Source of the DNA: Verrucomicrobia bacterium UBA1319
Lineage (GTDB): Bacteria; Verrucomicrobiota; Verrucomicrobiia; Limisphaerales; UBA1319
Length of the DNA: 59,271 nt
Assembly: GCA_002306985.1 (NCBI GenBank)
Contig: DBTJ01000116.1
Location: forward strand, 68-59,338
Direction of reading: 5' to 3'
The number at the start of each line of letters is the position of its first letter. Within the stretch, counting starts at the first letter, position 1. Of the stretch, positions 19,647-28,078 are shown piece by piece. The translations under genes and the position numbers were made by a program. The notes under the pieces were generated by a model that was not told where the DNA came from, did no database searches, and worked only from the letters and a program-made list of their open reading frames with translations.

Positions 19647-21194
19647 ATGACTACGGCTGCGCCACATACCGCGATGAGTCCGAGGGTGGGCCGTTGCCGA
19701 AAAGGGCTCGTTCGCGGCGGTTTTTGCAGTCAGGCCGGTTTGCCTGTCGGGCGGAACTGCCGAAAGGGTTTCGGCATTCTTGGGGTAATCCTCGCGGGTA
19801 TGCTGGCGGGCTGTCAGTCGGAGTTGCCGCCGGGGTCCTTGATCGTTACGCAATCAACGCTCGAAAAAACGGGTGCCGCGGCGGATTCGCTGGAGCGTCT
19901 TTATCCCCCTGGCAGCCGGATAGCGTGCATTGTCCCACCCTACAAAGCTGGCCAGGAGCGGATTCTTTCGGCCGGCTTGTATACCGCCGGGTGCCCGATA
20001 CTGAGTCCGGATGCGCAACACGTTTACTTCGCCGGCAAAGAAAAGGTGGGTGCGGCATGGCAAATTTACGAAAATGCCCCTGGGGGTGGCCGCCTCAAGC
20101 GAATGACAGCCATGCCCGGCGGCGCCATGTATCCAGCCCAGGCGGGTAATGGCGACTTAGTTTTCTGCTCACCCGTGCCCGAGGATGGCCGGACTTGGAC
20201 TGCCAGTAATCCCCCCGCGCTCTATCGGCAAGCTCCCGATGGGACTCCGCGCCGCATTACTTTCGGAGCGGCGGCGGCCATCGAACCCACTGTAATGCGC
20301 GATGGAACCATTCTATTTGTGTCGGCCAAGCCAGCGTCAGGAACGGCAGCCGTTCCGCGCCTGGGCTTGTTTACGGTAAACGACGATGGCACCGAGGTTA
20401 CGGCATATGCGGTGGATAACGATGGCGCGCCTGGCATAAGCCGGCCGCGCGAATTGCTGGACGGACGGGTGGGGTTTCTTGCTTCCGCCGAGCCCGCCAG
20501 CCCGGTCAAGTGGGGAGAAGCGGTGCGCCAGGCCCGCCCCTTCGCTAGCCGGGCGCCGCTCTTTTCTTTTCCCACCAGTGCCTGCCGGGCGGTCGAGCCC
20601 GATGGCCAGGGCGCTTGGTTAGCTTGTTTGCGGACACAGGGTTTGATGGGCCGGGCGATGAGCGGCTCGTTGGCGGTTTTTCGGGTAACCAGTGATGCGC
20701 GGAGCCTGGGGACGCCCTTATTCGACAATCCCGCGTGGAACGAGCTCGAGGCTCTGCCAGTGGCGCCGCGACCAAAACCGATGGGCCACGTATCCGCGAT
20801 TAAACTGGCGCTAAAGACCGGGACCCTTCTTTGTTTGAATGCCCATTTTACACGCTTGGCGTCCTCTCAGTCTTCCGGCGCCCTGGCGGTTAAGGTGCGG
20901 GTTTTGGCCCGCCGTGCCCCTGATAAAGAGATTGTTCTTGGAGAAACGGCGTTGCAGGCCGACGGATCGTTCATGGCCGCCGTGCCAGCGGAAGTTCCGC
21001 TTGGATTCGAACTGTTGGATGGACAGGACCAAGTCATTCACCGTCTGTCACCCAGCATATGGTTGCGCCCGGGGGAAAATCGCAGTTGTCTCGGCTGTCA
21101 TGAACCCTACAACCGCACACCGCGAAATGCGCGACCCATTGCCGCCGGTTTGCCGCCCGCTAATCTAACTGGTAAAATGTTGGCTACTCCTTGA
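19647..21194 (+). CDS. Hydrazine synthase alpha-subunit-like (HzsA-related) heme lipoprotein
   Basis: LAGC lipobox; PD40-like propeller (WQIYE, EPTVMRDGTILFVS, LFTVNDDGT); HZS_alpha middle-domain signature LGETALQADGSFMAAVPAEVPLGFELLD; WLRPGENRSCLGCHE heme motif. Confidence 0.8.
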   Translation: MTTAAPHTAMSPRVGRCRKGLVRGGFCSQAGLPVGRNCRKGFGILGVILAGMLAGCQSELPPGSLIVTQSTLEKTGAAADSLERLYPPGSRIACIVPPYKAGQERILSAGLYTAGCPILSPDAQHVYFAGKEKVGAAWQIYENAPGGGRLKRMTAMPGGAMYPAQAGNGDLVFCSPVPEDGRTWTASNPPALYRQAPDGTPRRITFGAAAAIEPTVMRDGTILFVSAKPASGTAAVPRLGLFTVNDDGTEVTAYAVDNDGAPGISRPRELLDGRVGFLASAEPASPVKWGEAVRQARPFASRAPLFSFPTSACRAVEPDGQGAWLACLRTQGLMGRAMSGSLAVFRVTSDARSLGTPLFDNPAWNELEALPVAPRPKPMGHVSAIKLALKTGTLLCLNAHFTRLASSQSSGALAVKVRVLARRAPDKEIVLGETALQADGSFMAAVPAEVPLGFELLDGQDQVIHRLSPSIWLRPGENRSCLGCHEPYNRTPRNARPIAAGLPPANLTGKMLATP

Positions 21195-21200
21195 ATCGGT

Positions 21201-23165
21201 ATGCGCAGAACTCCGATTATTATTTCTCTGCTGATCGGCCTGCTGGTGTTGGCGGGATTGGGCTGGGGATCGGCCGCGTGGTCTCGGGCGCATGAACGGC
21301 GTTGGTCCGGTCGACTCGATCTGGAGCTGGTGTCGTGTAACCATTGTCATCTGAAGATCGAAAATCTGCCCTGGGCACAACCGAGCAGGCGTCACTCGGC
21401 TCCGGCGGGATTGGCGGTATCGCCAGATAACCGGAAAGTCTACATCGCCTTGGATGAGCGGAATGAGGTGGTCGAAGCCGATGGCGTCACGCTGGCTATC
21501 ACCCGCCGACTGGAAGTGCGTGGTGGGCCATTCGGCTTGGCTATCGATGCGAAGGGGGAACGTTTGTACGCCACTTGCCGGGATGGTGATCGGGTCGTGG
21601 CGATTGATTTGGCCACTTTCCGTGAAGTCGAGAGTTTAGCGATCGGAGCGGGCCCGGTGGCGGCGACTTATTGTGACACCCAAGAGGGCGGGCGGCTCGT
21701 AATCGCCAACTCGGTTTCCGACAATATTTCCGTCGTATCGCTTTCACCCTTTAAGGAGTTGGCCCGTCCGCAAGCCGGGCGGGAACCGTATGCGGTGGCC
21801 GCCGCGCCGGATGGCTCCATCGCGTTCGTGGCCAACCGCCTGGCGGTGCCGGAAAACTACTACTCCATGGCCAGTTCGGAGTTGACCCTGGTTGATCCAA
21901 GTAAAGGTAAATTACTCTTGCGTAGCCCCTTCGAGTCTGCCCATCTGGCTGAAGGAATAGCGGTGGCGCCGGGTCGCGGCTGGGCTCTGACGCCCCTCAT
22001 CAAGGTGCGGAATTTAGTGCCGATCACTCAAGTCGCCAATGGCTGGGTCATGTCCAGCGGTTTAGCCATCGCGGATGCCAAAGGCTCGATTATCCAAATG
22101 CCGCTGGATGAGGCGCACGATTATTTTGCCGATCCTTCCGGCATTGCTGTCGATGCGGCCGGAAAACGCGCTTTTATTGTTTCCGGCGGCAGCGATACCG
22201 TGACGGTGGTCGATCTGGAGCTTTTAGCCCGCTGGCTTGCGGGCGCCAGCGACCAAGCTAAGCGCGAGGCGATTGATGATCTTTCGCTCTCAGCCGAATA
22301 CGTGGTGGCGCGTATTCCTACGGGACGCAATCCGCGTCATGCCACCCTGAGCCCGGATGGGAAACGGCTCTATGTTTCCGAGCGGTTGGAGGATGCCGTG
22401 CTGGCGGTGGATACCGCCGCGTTAAAACCCATCGGGCGGATCAGGTTAGGCGATGGCGGCCAGACCGATCCTATCCGGCGCGGCGAGCGAGTGTTTACCC
22501 AGGCGGCGCATACTTTTCAGCGCCAGTTCTCTTGCCGGTCCTGCCATCCTGATGGCCATGTGGATGGGTTATCCTACGACTTTGATGGGGATGGCATTGG
22601 GGACAATTTACTCGATAATCGTTCATTGCAGGGCGTGGCCGGGACGTCCCCGTTAAAATGGAATGGCAAGAACCCATCTTTGCAAGTGCAGTGCGGCGTC
22701 CGTTTTGCGCGCGTGCTGATGCGCACGGACCCGATCCCGGGAGCTGAATTGGATGATCTGGCGGCGTACTTAAATTCCTTGCCGCCCCCGCGTTGGGCGC
22801 GTCGCCACCGGCAAGTATTGACGCCCGCCCAGGAGCGGGGCAGACGGATTTTCTTCGCCACCTTAACGCCCGCTGGCGAGCCCATTCCACGTGAGCGTCA
22901 ATGCCATGTGTGCCACCGTCCGCCATTGTATTCAAATCGGCTTATGAGTTCCGTGGGCACGCGCGGATCATTGGATCCCAGTGATTTATTCGATACGCCG
23001 CACTTGCTGGGCGTCGCCTACACGGCCCCGTATTTGCATGATGGCCGAGCCAAAACGCTAGAGGAATTATGGACGACCTATCAGACGAACGATTTGCACG
23101 GCGTCAGCAGTTACATGAATAAGCATCAGCTCAACGATCTGGTTGAGTTTTTAAAGACTCTATGA
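21201..23165 (+). CDS. YVTN beta-propeller fused to di-heme CCP/MauG-like cytochrome c (HzsB-HzsC-like), three CxxCH motifs
   Basis: Signal/anchor, CNHCH, YVTN blades (GPFGLAID, REPYAVA, GRNPRHATLSPDG), FSCRSCHPDG, CHVCH, FDTPHL...PYLHDG..TL...DLHG...LNDLVEFLKTL. Confidence 0.85.
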   Translation: MRRTPIIISLLIGLLVLAGLGWGSAAWSRAHERRWSGRLDLELVSCNHCHLKIENLPWAQPSRRHSAPAGLAVSPDNRKVYIALDERNEVVEADGVTLAITRRLEVRGGPFGLAIDAKGERLYATCRDGDRVVAIDLATFREVESLAIGAGPVAATYCDTQEGGRLVIANSVSDNISVVSLSPFKELARPQAGREPYAVAAAPDGSIAFVANRLAVPENYYSMASSELTLVDPSKGKLLLRSPFESAHLAEGIAVAPGRGWALTPLIKVRNLVPITQVANGWVMSSGLAIADAKGSIIQMPLDEAHDYFADPSGIAVDAAGKRAFIVSGGSDTVTVVDLELLARWLAGASDQAKREAIDDLSLSAEYVVARIPTGRNPRHATLSPDGKRLYVSERLEDAVLAVDTAALKPIGRIRLGDGGQTDPIRRGERVFTQAAHTFQRQFSCRSCHPDGHVDGLSYDFDGDGIGDNLLDNRSLQGVAGTSPLKWNGKNPSLQVQCGVRFARVLMRTDPIPGAELDDLAAYLNSLPPPRWARRHRQVLTPAQERGRRIFFATLTPAGEPIPRERQCHVCHRPPLYSNRLMSSVGTRGSLDPSDLFDTPHLLGVAYTAPYLHDGRAKTLEELWTTYQTNDLHGVSSYMNKHQLNDLVEFLKTL

Positions 23166-24319
23166 GAAATTTATCGAGAGCAACTCCTATGAAAATCGCC
23201 GGCATATTCTGCTTAAGACTCGCCAGCCTGGTCACGTTGTTATGGCTGACCGCTCCGCTTCAAATCTTGGCGACCGAGGCCGAATTGCCTTTGCCGGTTA
23301 TTGAGCGATTCGAAACATTTGGTAAAGAGCAAGGCGTACCCACCAACAAAGTGCATGCCGTGCTTAAAACCAGCGACGGCAAATTGTGGATTGGCACCTG
23401 GGATGGTTTGTGCGTGCGCGAGGGCGAGGGGAAGTTCAGACGTTATGGTCCGGAAGAAGGTCTGAGCCACAAACTGGTTACTTGCATGGTAGAAGATCCC
23501 AAGACGGGCGATTTATGGGCGGGCACCATGCGCGGGCTCAACAAGGTGAGCGGGGGCAAAATCACGAGATATTTCCAGACCGACAGCGGCTTGCCCAATA
23601 ACGTGGTTTACGGCGTTGATATAGTGAACGATAATATCTGGGCGGCCACCGCGGCCGGAGTGGGAGCCCTCGATCTAAAGACGGGCGCCTGGAAGATCTA
23701 CGATCACAATAATTCGAATATGCATGAGCCTTGGTGCTACGCGGTGAAAGGCGCCAAGGATCTCATTTACATCGGTGTATGGGGCGCGGGCATTGTCGAA
23801 CACAATCCCCAAGAGGGCACCTTTAAGGCCTATCGCGATCCGGATGGCGATTTTCATTACGATTTGGTGCCCGATGATGGCCCGATCAACGATATCACCT
23901 CCTGGCTGGCGTGGAACGATGGATTGCTCTGGCAATGCACCTATTTTGGCATGTCCCGGTATGATGGTAAGTATTGGAAAACATGGGTGCAGGATAAAAC
24001 ACCGTTGCCGTCCAATTTCACGCAGTTCGCCTGGCCGGTGAATCGCTATTGCTGGATCGGGACGGACAAGGGCGCGTCGGTGACGGATGGCACAAATTGG
24101 GTGAATTATTTCGTTGGTGAAGCGGGCGCTGGCTGGGTTGAGATTCACCAGTCGGGCAAGGCCATGGAAAAGCGCCCCATGAGCACCGCTCTGTGCAATG
24201 GTTTTGTGCTCGGCATTTGGGCGGACGAAAAGGAAGCCTGGCTGGCGACTTCAAAAGGCCTAAGCCGCGGGATTTTTGCCTCGGGCACCGCGTCGGGCAA
24301 AGTGGCCGTGGTGAAATAA
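23162..24319 (+). CDS. Secreted beta-propeller protein (two-component regulator propeller repeats, no kinase)
   Basis: LWIGTWDGL, GLSHKLV, SGLPNNVVY, LPSNF repeats; ATGA overlap with the upstream stop. Confidence 0.8.
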   Translation: MRNLSRATPMKIAGIFCLRLASLVTLLWLTAPLQILATEAELPLPVIERFETFGKEQGVPTNKVHAVLKTSDGKLWIGTWDGLCVREGEGKFRRYGPEEGLSHKLVTCMVEDPKTGDLWAGTMRGLNKVSGGKITRYFQTDSGLPNNVVYGVDIVNDNIWAATAAGVGALDLKTGAWKIYDHNNSNMHEPWCYAVKGAKDLIYIGVWGAGIVEHNPQEGTFKAYRDPDGDFHYDLVPDDGPINDITSWLAWNDGLLWQCTYFGMSRYDGKYWKTWVQDKTPLPSNFTQFAWPVNRYCWIGTDKGASVTDGTNWVNYFVGEAGAGWVEIHQSGKAMEKRPMSTALCNGFVLGIWADEKEAWLATSKGLSRGIFASGTASGKVAVVK

Positions 24320-24332
24320 TGAGGAAACGCCT

Positions 24333-25763
24333 ATGAGAATCTCCGCTTTATTCCTGCTGAGTTTGCTGGCTGTTCACGCGCCCCGGGTGGCAGCTTATCC
24401 GGAGCCAGCGGCACCCGTGAAAGCGGAGCCGGATACTTGCGTGAGCGTGCCTATTACGCCGGAAGCCGCGCAAGCCGCCGCGCGAACGAACCAGGCCGCC
24501 GCCGCCCAGGCCGAAACGTACCATTATTACGCGGATACCCCGGAAGAAATGGTTCCCTACCGGAATCTGGATCCTTACTACCGCTATTGGCTGGAACGCC
24601 TCCCGTTTCGAGGGCCGGGCCGGGATTATCCCGATCCGGTGGATTTAAAGTCGTTGAAAGTAGGTTTGCTCAGCCCCGCGCCCTACGGACCGGAGGGCGC
24701 CCGCGGCGAGCGCACCCGCAAGGGTGTCCTGCTGGCGTTTGAAGAAGAAAACGCGATGCGGCAACCGGGGCAAATACCCTTTGAAGTGATTGCCAAGGAG
24801 GATGCGCCTTTATGGGGCAGCGCCGCGAACATCACGGTGGAGTTTAAAGATAACGATGTGCTTGGAATTTTGGGGACCATCGACGGCGATGCTACTCACG
24901 TAGCCCTGCGGGCTACTTTAAAACTGGAAACGTACATCATCAACACTTCGGACCCGGACCCGACACTGACCGAAACGCAGGTTCCCTGGCTGACGCGCGT
25001 ATTTCCCGAGGATCGCCAACAGTGCTTCCGGCTCGCGGACATGGTGGTGCGACAGCGGGGTTGCAAACGCATCGCGGTATTGCGCGAAAGCAGTCGCCCG
25101 GGACGGGTGGGCGTAATGCATTTTGTGAATGACATTCGCCGGTTGGGTAGTCCAGCGGTGGCCCATTTGCTGTATAAAGCCGGGGATCGCAGCCTGGCGG
25201 AACAGATTGCGGCGATCAAAGCCGCCAATCCCGACGCGGTCCTTTTCTATGGGCAGCCCGCCGATGTGGGATTTGCGGCGGCCCAACTTCGCCAAGCGGG
25301 CATAACCGCGCAGTATTTTGGCTTCGATCGCTTGATGGAAGGCGCGTTTGTCAAAAATGCCGGGGACGCCGCGGAAGGCATGACCATCACCTATTTCTTT
25401 AATCCTGAACGCACCGATAAACCTTGGGTTGAGTTCTTGGACCGCTTCCAGAAACGCTGGGGGGAGAAGCCGGATATTTACGCCGCGTACGGATATGACG
25501 GCGCCAAACTGATGATCGAAGCGGTTAATAAATCCGGTCCGAACCGGTTTCGCATTCGTGATTACCTGGCCAACCTGGATAGCTGGGACGGAGTTACTGG
25601 GCATATGGTTTTCGATGCGCGTTGGGATAATATCGCGCCGTTTTCCTTCGCCCAATACCAGCGGGGCAAATGGCTCTTTCAACCGGCGCCCGCCATTACG
25701 CGTTTGGATAAAAAGAGGTTGTCCCAAGGAATGACCGCGGTTCCCGATGCGCCCGCAAAATAA
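24333..25763 (+). CDS. Type I periplasmic substrate-binding protein (LivJ/Peripla_BP_6-like)
   Basis: Signal peptide; KVGLLSP, ILGTIDGDATH, IKAANPDAV, YAAYGYDG, GVTGHMVFD. Confidence 0.85.
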   Translation: MRISALFLLSLLAVHAPRVAAYPEPAAPVKAEPDTCVSVPITPEAAQAAARTNQAAAAQAETYHYYADTPEEMVPYRNLDPYYRYWLERLPFRGPGRDYPDPVDLKSLKVGLLSPAPYGPEGARGERTRKGVLLAFEEENAMRQPGQIPFEVIAKEDAPLWGSAANITVEFKDNDVLGILGTIDGDATHVALRATLKLETYIINTSDPDPTLTETQVPWLTRVFPEDRQQCFRLADMVVRQRGCKRIAVLRESSRPGRVGVMHFVNDIRRLGSPAVAHLLYKAGDRSLAEQIAAIKAANPDAVLFYGQPADVGFAAAQLRQAGITAQYFGFDRLMEGAFVKNAGDAAEGMTITYFFNPERTDKPWVEFLDRFQKRWGEKPDIYAAYGYDGAKLMIEAVNKSGPNRFRIRDYLANLDSWDGVTGHMVFDARWDNIAPFSFAQYQRGKWLFQPAPAITRLDKKRLSQGMTAVPDAPAK

Positions 25764-25766
25764 CGG

Positions 25767-26963
25767 ATGCCGCTTCGCCATCGACATTCTATGTTTATGG
25801 GACGGTGCCACGCGTTGGTTCTGGGCTTCACTTTATGCGTTTCGCCGTTCGGGGGTGCTCAGGCTGGGGAGGAATCTGGGGCGCCGCATTTTCTGATGGG
25901 TTTGTTGCTCCCGCCTGAAGAAGCCGAAGGCGTCAGCATCCGTCAGGGAGTGGAACTGGGGATTGAACAGGCAAACCAATCGGCGAAGGCCCAAGTGGGC
26001 TTGATTATCCGAGGTCGGGTGGGCCAGTGGGGAGCCGATGGTGAAGAGGCTGGCCGGATGGTTTTAAACGATGGCGTCCAGGGTATGATCGCGCCCCCTG
26101 GTGGTTCACCCGCGCACCTGGCCTTGCAAGTGTCCGGACGCACCGCCACACCGGTGGTTGCCTTGTGTCCGGATTCATCCGTCATTGGCGCGGGCATCCC
26201 CTGGATGGTTTGCGCGGTGCCGGGCACGATCGCTGAGGCGAGTGCGCTGTTTGCCTTGTGGCCGTCAAAATCGACCGCGGCCGGTGGTTCCTGGGTGGCA
26301 CTGGTTCCCGAGGACCGCGAAGGCCGGGAGACTTCGAAGGATTTGCGTAAGGCAGCGGCCGCCACCCAATCAAAATTAGCAGATCCAACGATATTTGACG
26401 CAAAAGCGGGCAACGAATCGGAAACCATCAGAGTGTTGTTGGCCCAAAGACCAACGGGAGTATTGCTTTGGTTGGAGCCCGAGCCGGCGGGCCGTTTAGC
26501 TAAACAACTCCGGGCCGCGGGATTTGTCGGTCGTTTGGCAGGACCGAGCCGTCTGCGTTGCGCTGGGTTTCTAACCGCCGCAGGCAAAGCGGCGGATGGC
26601 TTCTTGATGGTTAACCCGGTTATGGACGTCGCTAGCAGGCAAGTGTACCAACGATTCGACGCCGGATATCGAGCGCGCTTTGGCGTCGAGCCGGATGCCA
26701 CGGCCGCTTACGCGTATGATGCGGCGATGTTGCTGGCGGCCATCCTAGTGGAATCAGGGGATAAACCCGCTCGCCTGGCGTTCCCGGTTATGGAGGACAG
26801 GCCGGGTGCCAGTGGCAGGTTGAAGTTTAAAGCGGATGGTGTGCGCGGGGTGTCTTTTGAACTCCAAGAGTATCGTTCGGGCACCTTCCGGCCGTATTCG
26901 GCGAGCCCGGCTGGGCGGGAGGAAAAGCGCGAACCCGCGAACGATCTTGATAAACGCCGCTGA
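25767..26963 (+). CDS. Second, divergent LivJ-like periplasmic binding protein
   Basis: Signal peptide; GVELGIEQAN, TAAYAYDAAMLL, GASGRLKF. Confidence 0.75.
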   Translation: MPLRHRHSMFMGRCHALVLGFTLCVSPFGGAQAGEESGAPHFLMGLLLPPEEAEGVSIRQGVELGIEQANQSAKAQVGLIIRGRVGQWGADGEEAGRMVLNDGVQGMIAPPGGSPAHLALQVSGRTATPVVALCPDSSVIGAGIPWMVCAVPGTIAEASALFALWPSKSTAAGGSWVALVPEDREGRETSKDLRKAAAATQSKLADPTIFDAKAGNESETIRVLLAQRPTGVLLWLEPEPAGRLAKQLRAAGFVGRLAGPSRLRCAGFLTAAGKAADGFLMVNPVMDVASRQVYQRFDAGYRARFGVEPDATAAYAYDAAMLLAAILVESGDKPARLAFPVMEDRPGASGRLKFKADGVRGVSFELQEYRSGTFRPYSASPAGREEKREPANDLDKRR

Positions 26964-26991
26964 AAGGCAAAGGATATATCGATTGTCACGT

Positions 26992-27552
26992 ATGAAACTA
27001 CAAAACCAATTAGTCTATATTGCCATAGCGGCGGCTCTAGGTATGGCCGGCTGGGTGGGTTTTGCCCAGAAGGCGGAAGGCCAAAAGAAGAAGCTCGCCA
27101 TATCCATCAAACCTAAAGACGTCGCGGATGCCTTGCACGCGGTAATTGCGTCGGATCGGGAAGTCTACACTCGCCAAGCGGTTTTGGGAAAGGCCGGTCA
27201 AGGAATGGCGAACCCCTGCGAAATGTTCCGGCTGAGTTCGGAGGCTTCCGCCAGCAAAGGGGTGGAATTTTCCTACGTGCTGCGTTCCCTTAAGTCTTCG
27301 CGGTCGCGTAATGCGCCTGAAACCGAGGTGGAACGAAAAGGGCTCGCGCGGGTGGCTGAACATCCCGCGGAGGCGTATTACGCGGAGGAAATGCAGGGCG
27401 GCCGATGGTATTTTACCGCCGTTTACCCGGATGTGGCCCAACACCCAAGCTGTGTCACCTGCCATAATCAACTAAAAGACAGTCCGAAAACGGATTTTAA
27501 ACTGGGCGAAGTGATGGGCGGCGTAGTGGTGCGAGTGGCGCTGGAATTATAA
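26992..27552 (+). CDS. Tll0287-like (DUF3365) c-type heme protein
   Basis: Signal peptide; DALHAVIASDREVYT, FTAVYPDVA..SCVTCHN..DSPKTDFKLGEVMGGVVVRV. Confidence 0.85.
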   Translation: MKLQNQLVYIAIAAALGMAGWVGFAQKAEGQKKKLAISIKPKDVADALHAVIASDREVYTRQAVLGKAGQGMANPCEMFRLSSEASASKGVEFSYVLRSLKSSRSRNAPETEVERKGLARVAEHPAEAYYAEEMQGGRWYFTAVYPDVAQHPSCVTCHNQLKDSPKTDFKLGEVMGGVVVRVALEL

Positions 27553-27556
27553 CACC

Positions 27557-28015
27557 ATGAATGCAGCCTATTATCATCTGGCCACCACGCATCTCCCGGT
27601 CATAAGCAATTTGTTCGGCCTCAGTTTGCTAGCGTACGGTGTGATTCGAAGCAGCGAAGAACTTAGGCGGACGGCGTTGCTGGTGATGTTGTGCTCCGCG
27701 CTACTGGCCTTGCCCGCCTATTTGACGGGCGCCCCCGCTGCTGGAGTTCTCAAACGGGCGGTGCCCGGGTTGCCGGCTGATCCGGTCGACCAGCATGCGG
27801 AGATTGCGATATTAGGTTTGGCCGGCAATTTGGTATTGGGCGCCTGGGCGGGTATCGGCTTGTTGGTGTTTCGCAAGTCCAAGCGGACTTCACGAGGTTA
27901 TTTGGGCCTGACGTTTATTTTGGCGGGAGTGGCTTTAGGATTCATGGTTTGGACCGCCGCGCTGGGAGGTAAAATCAGGCATTCGGAAATCCGCACGACG
28001 AACGGACCGCATTGA
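27557..28015 (+). CDS. DUF2231-like four-TM membrane protein with conserved histidines
   Basis: HLATTHLPV, AYLTG, DQHAEIA, GGKIRHSEIR; four hydrophobic segments. Confidence 0.7.
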   Translation: MNAAYYHLATTHLPVISNLFGLSLLAYGVIRSSEELRRTALLVMLCSALLALPAYLTGAPAAGVLKRAVPGLPADPVDQHAEIAILGLAGNLVLGAWAGIGLLVFRKSKRTSRGYLGLTFILAGVALGFMVWTAALGGKIRHSEIRTTNGPH

Positions 28016-28078
28016 ATTTATGTGGAACCCGTTTGGCGAGAGCTTAGGGCGAGTGGGGATGGGTGGGGCTAGTTGAGG

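Noticed and set aside
19647-23165. Calling these genes hzsA/hzsB/hzsC and the organism anammox
   Set aside because: The alpha-like chain is much shorter and lacks the second heme domain, the gamma Asp appears replaced, there is no hao/hdh in the window, and the context looks verrucomicrobial. Only 'HZS-like' is supportable.
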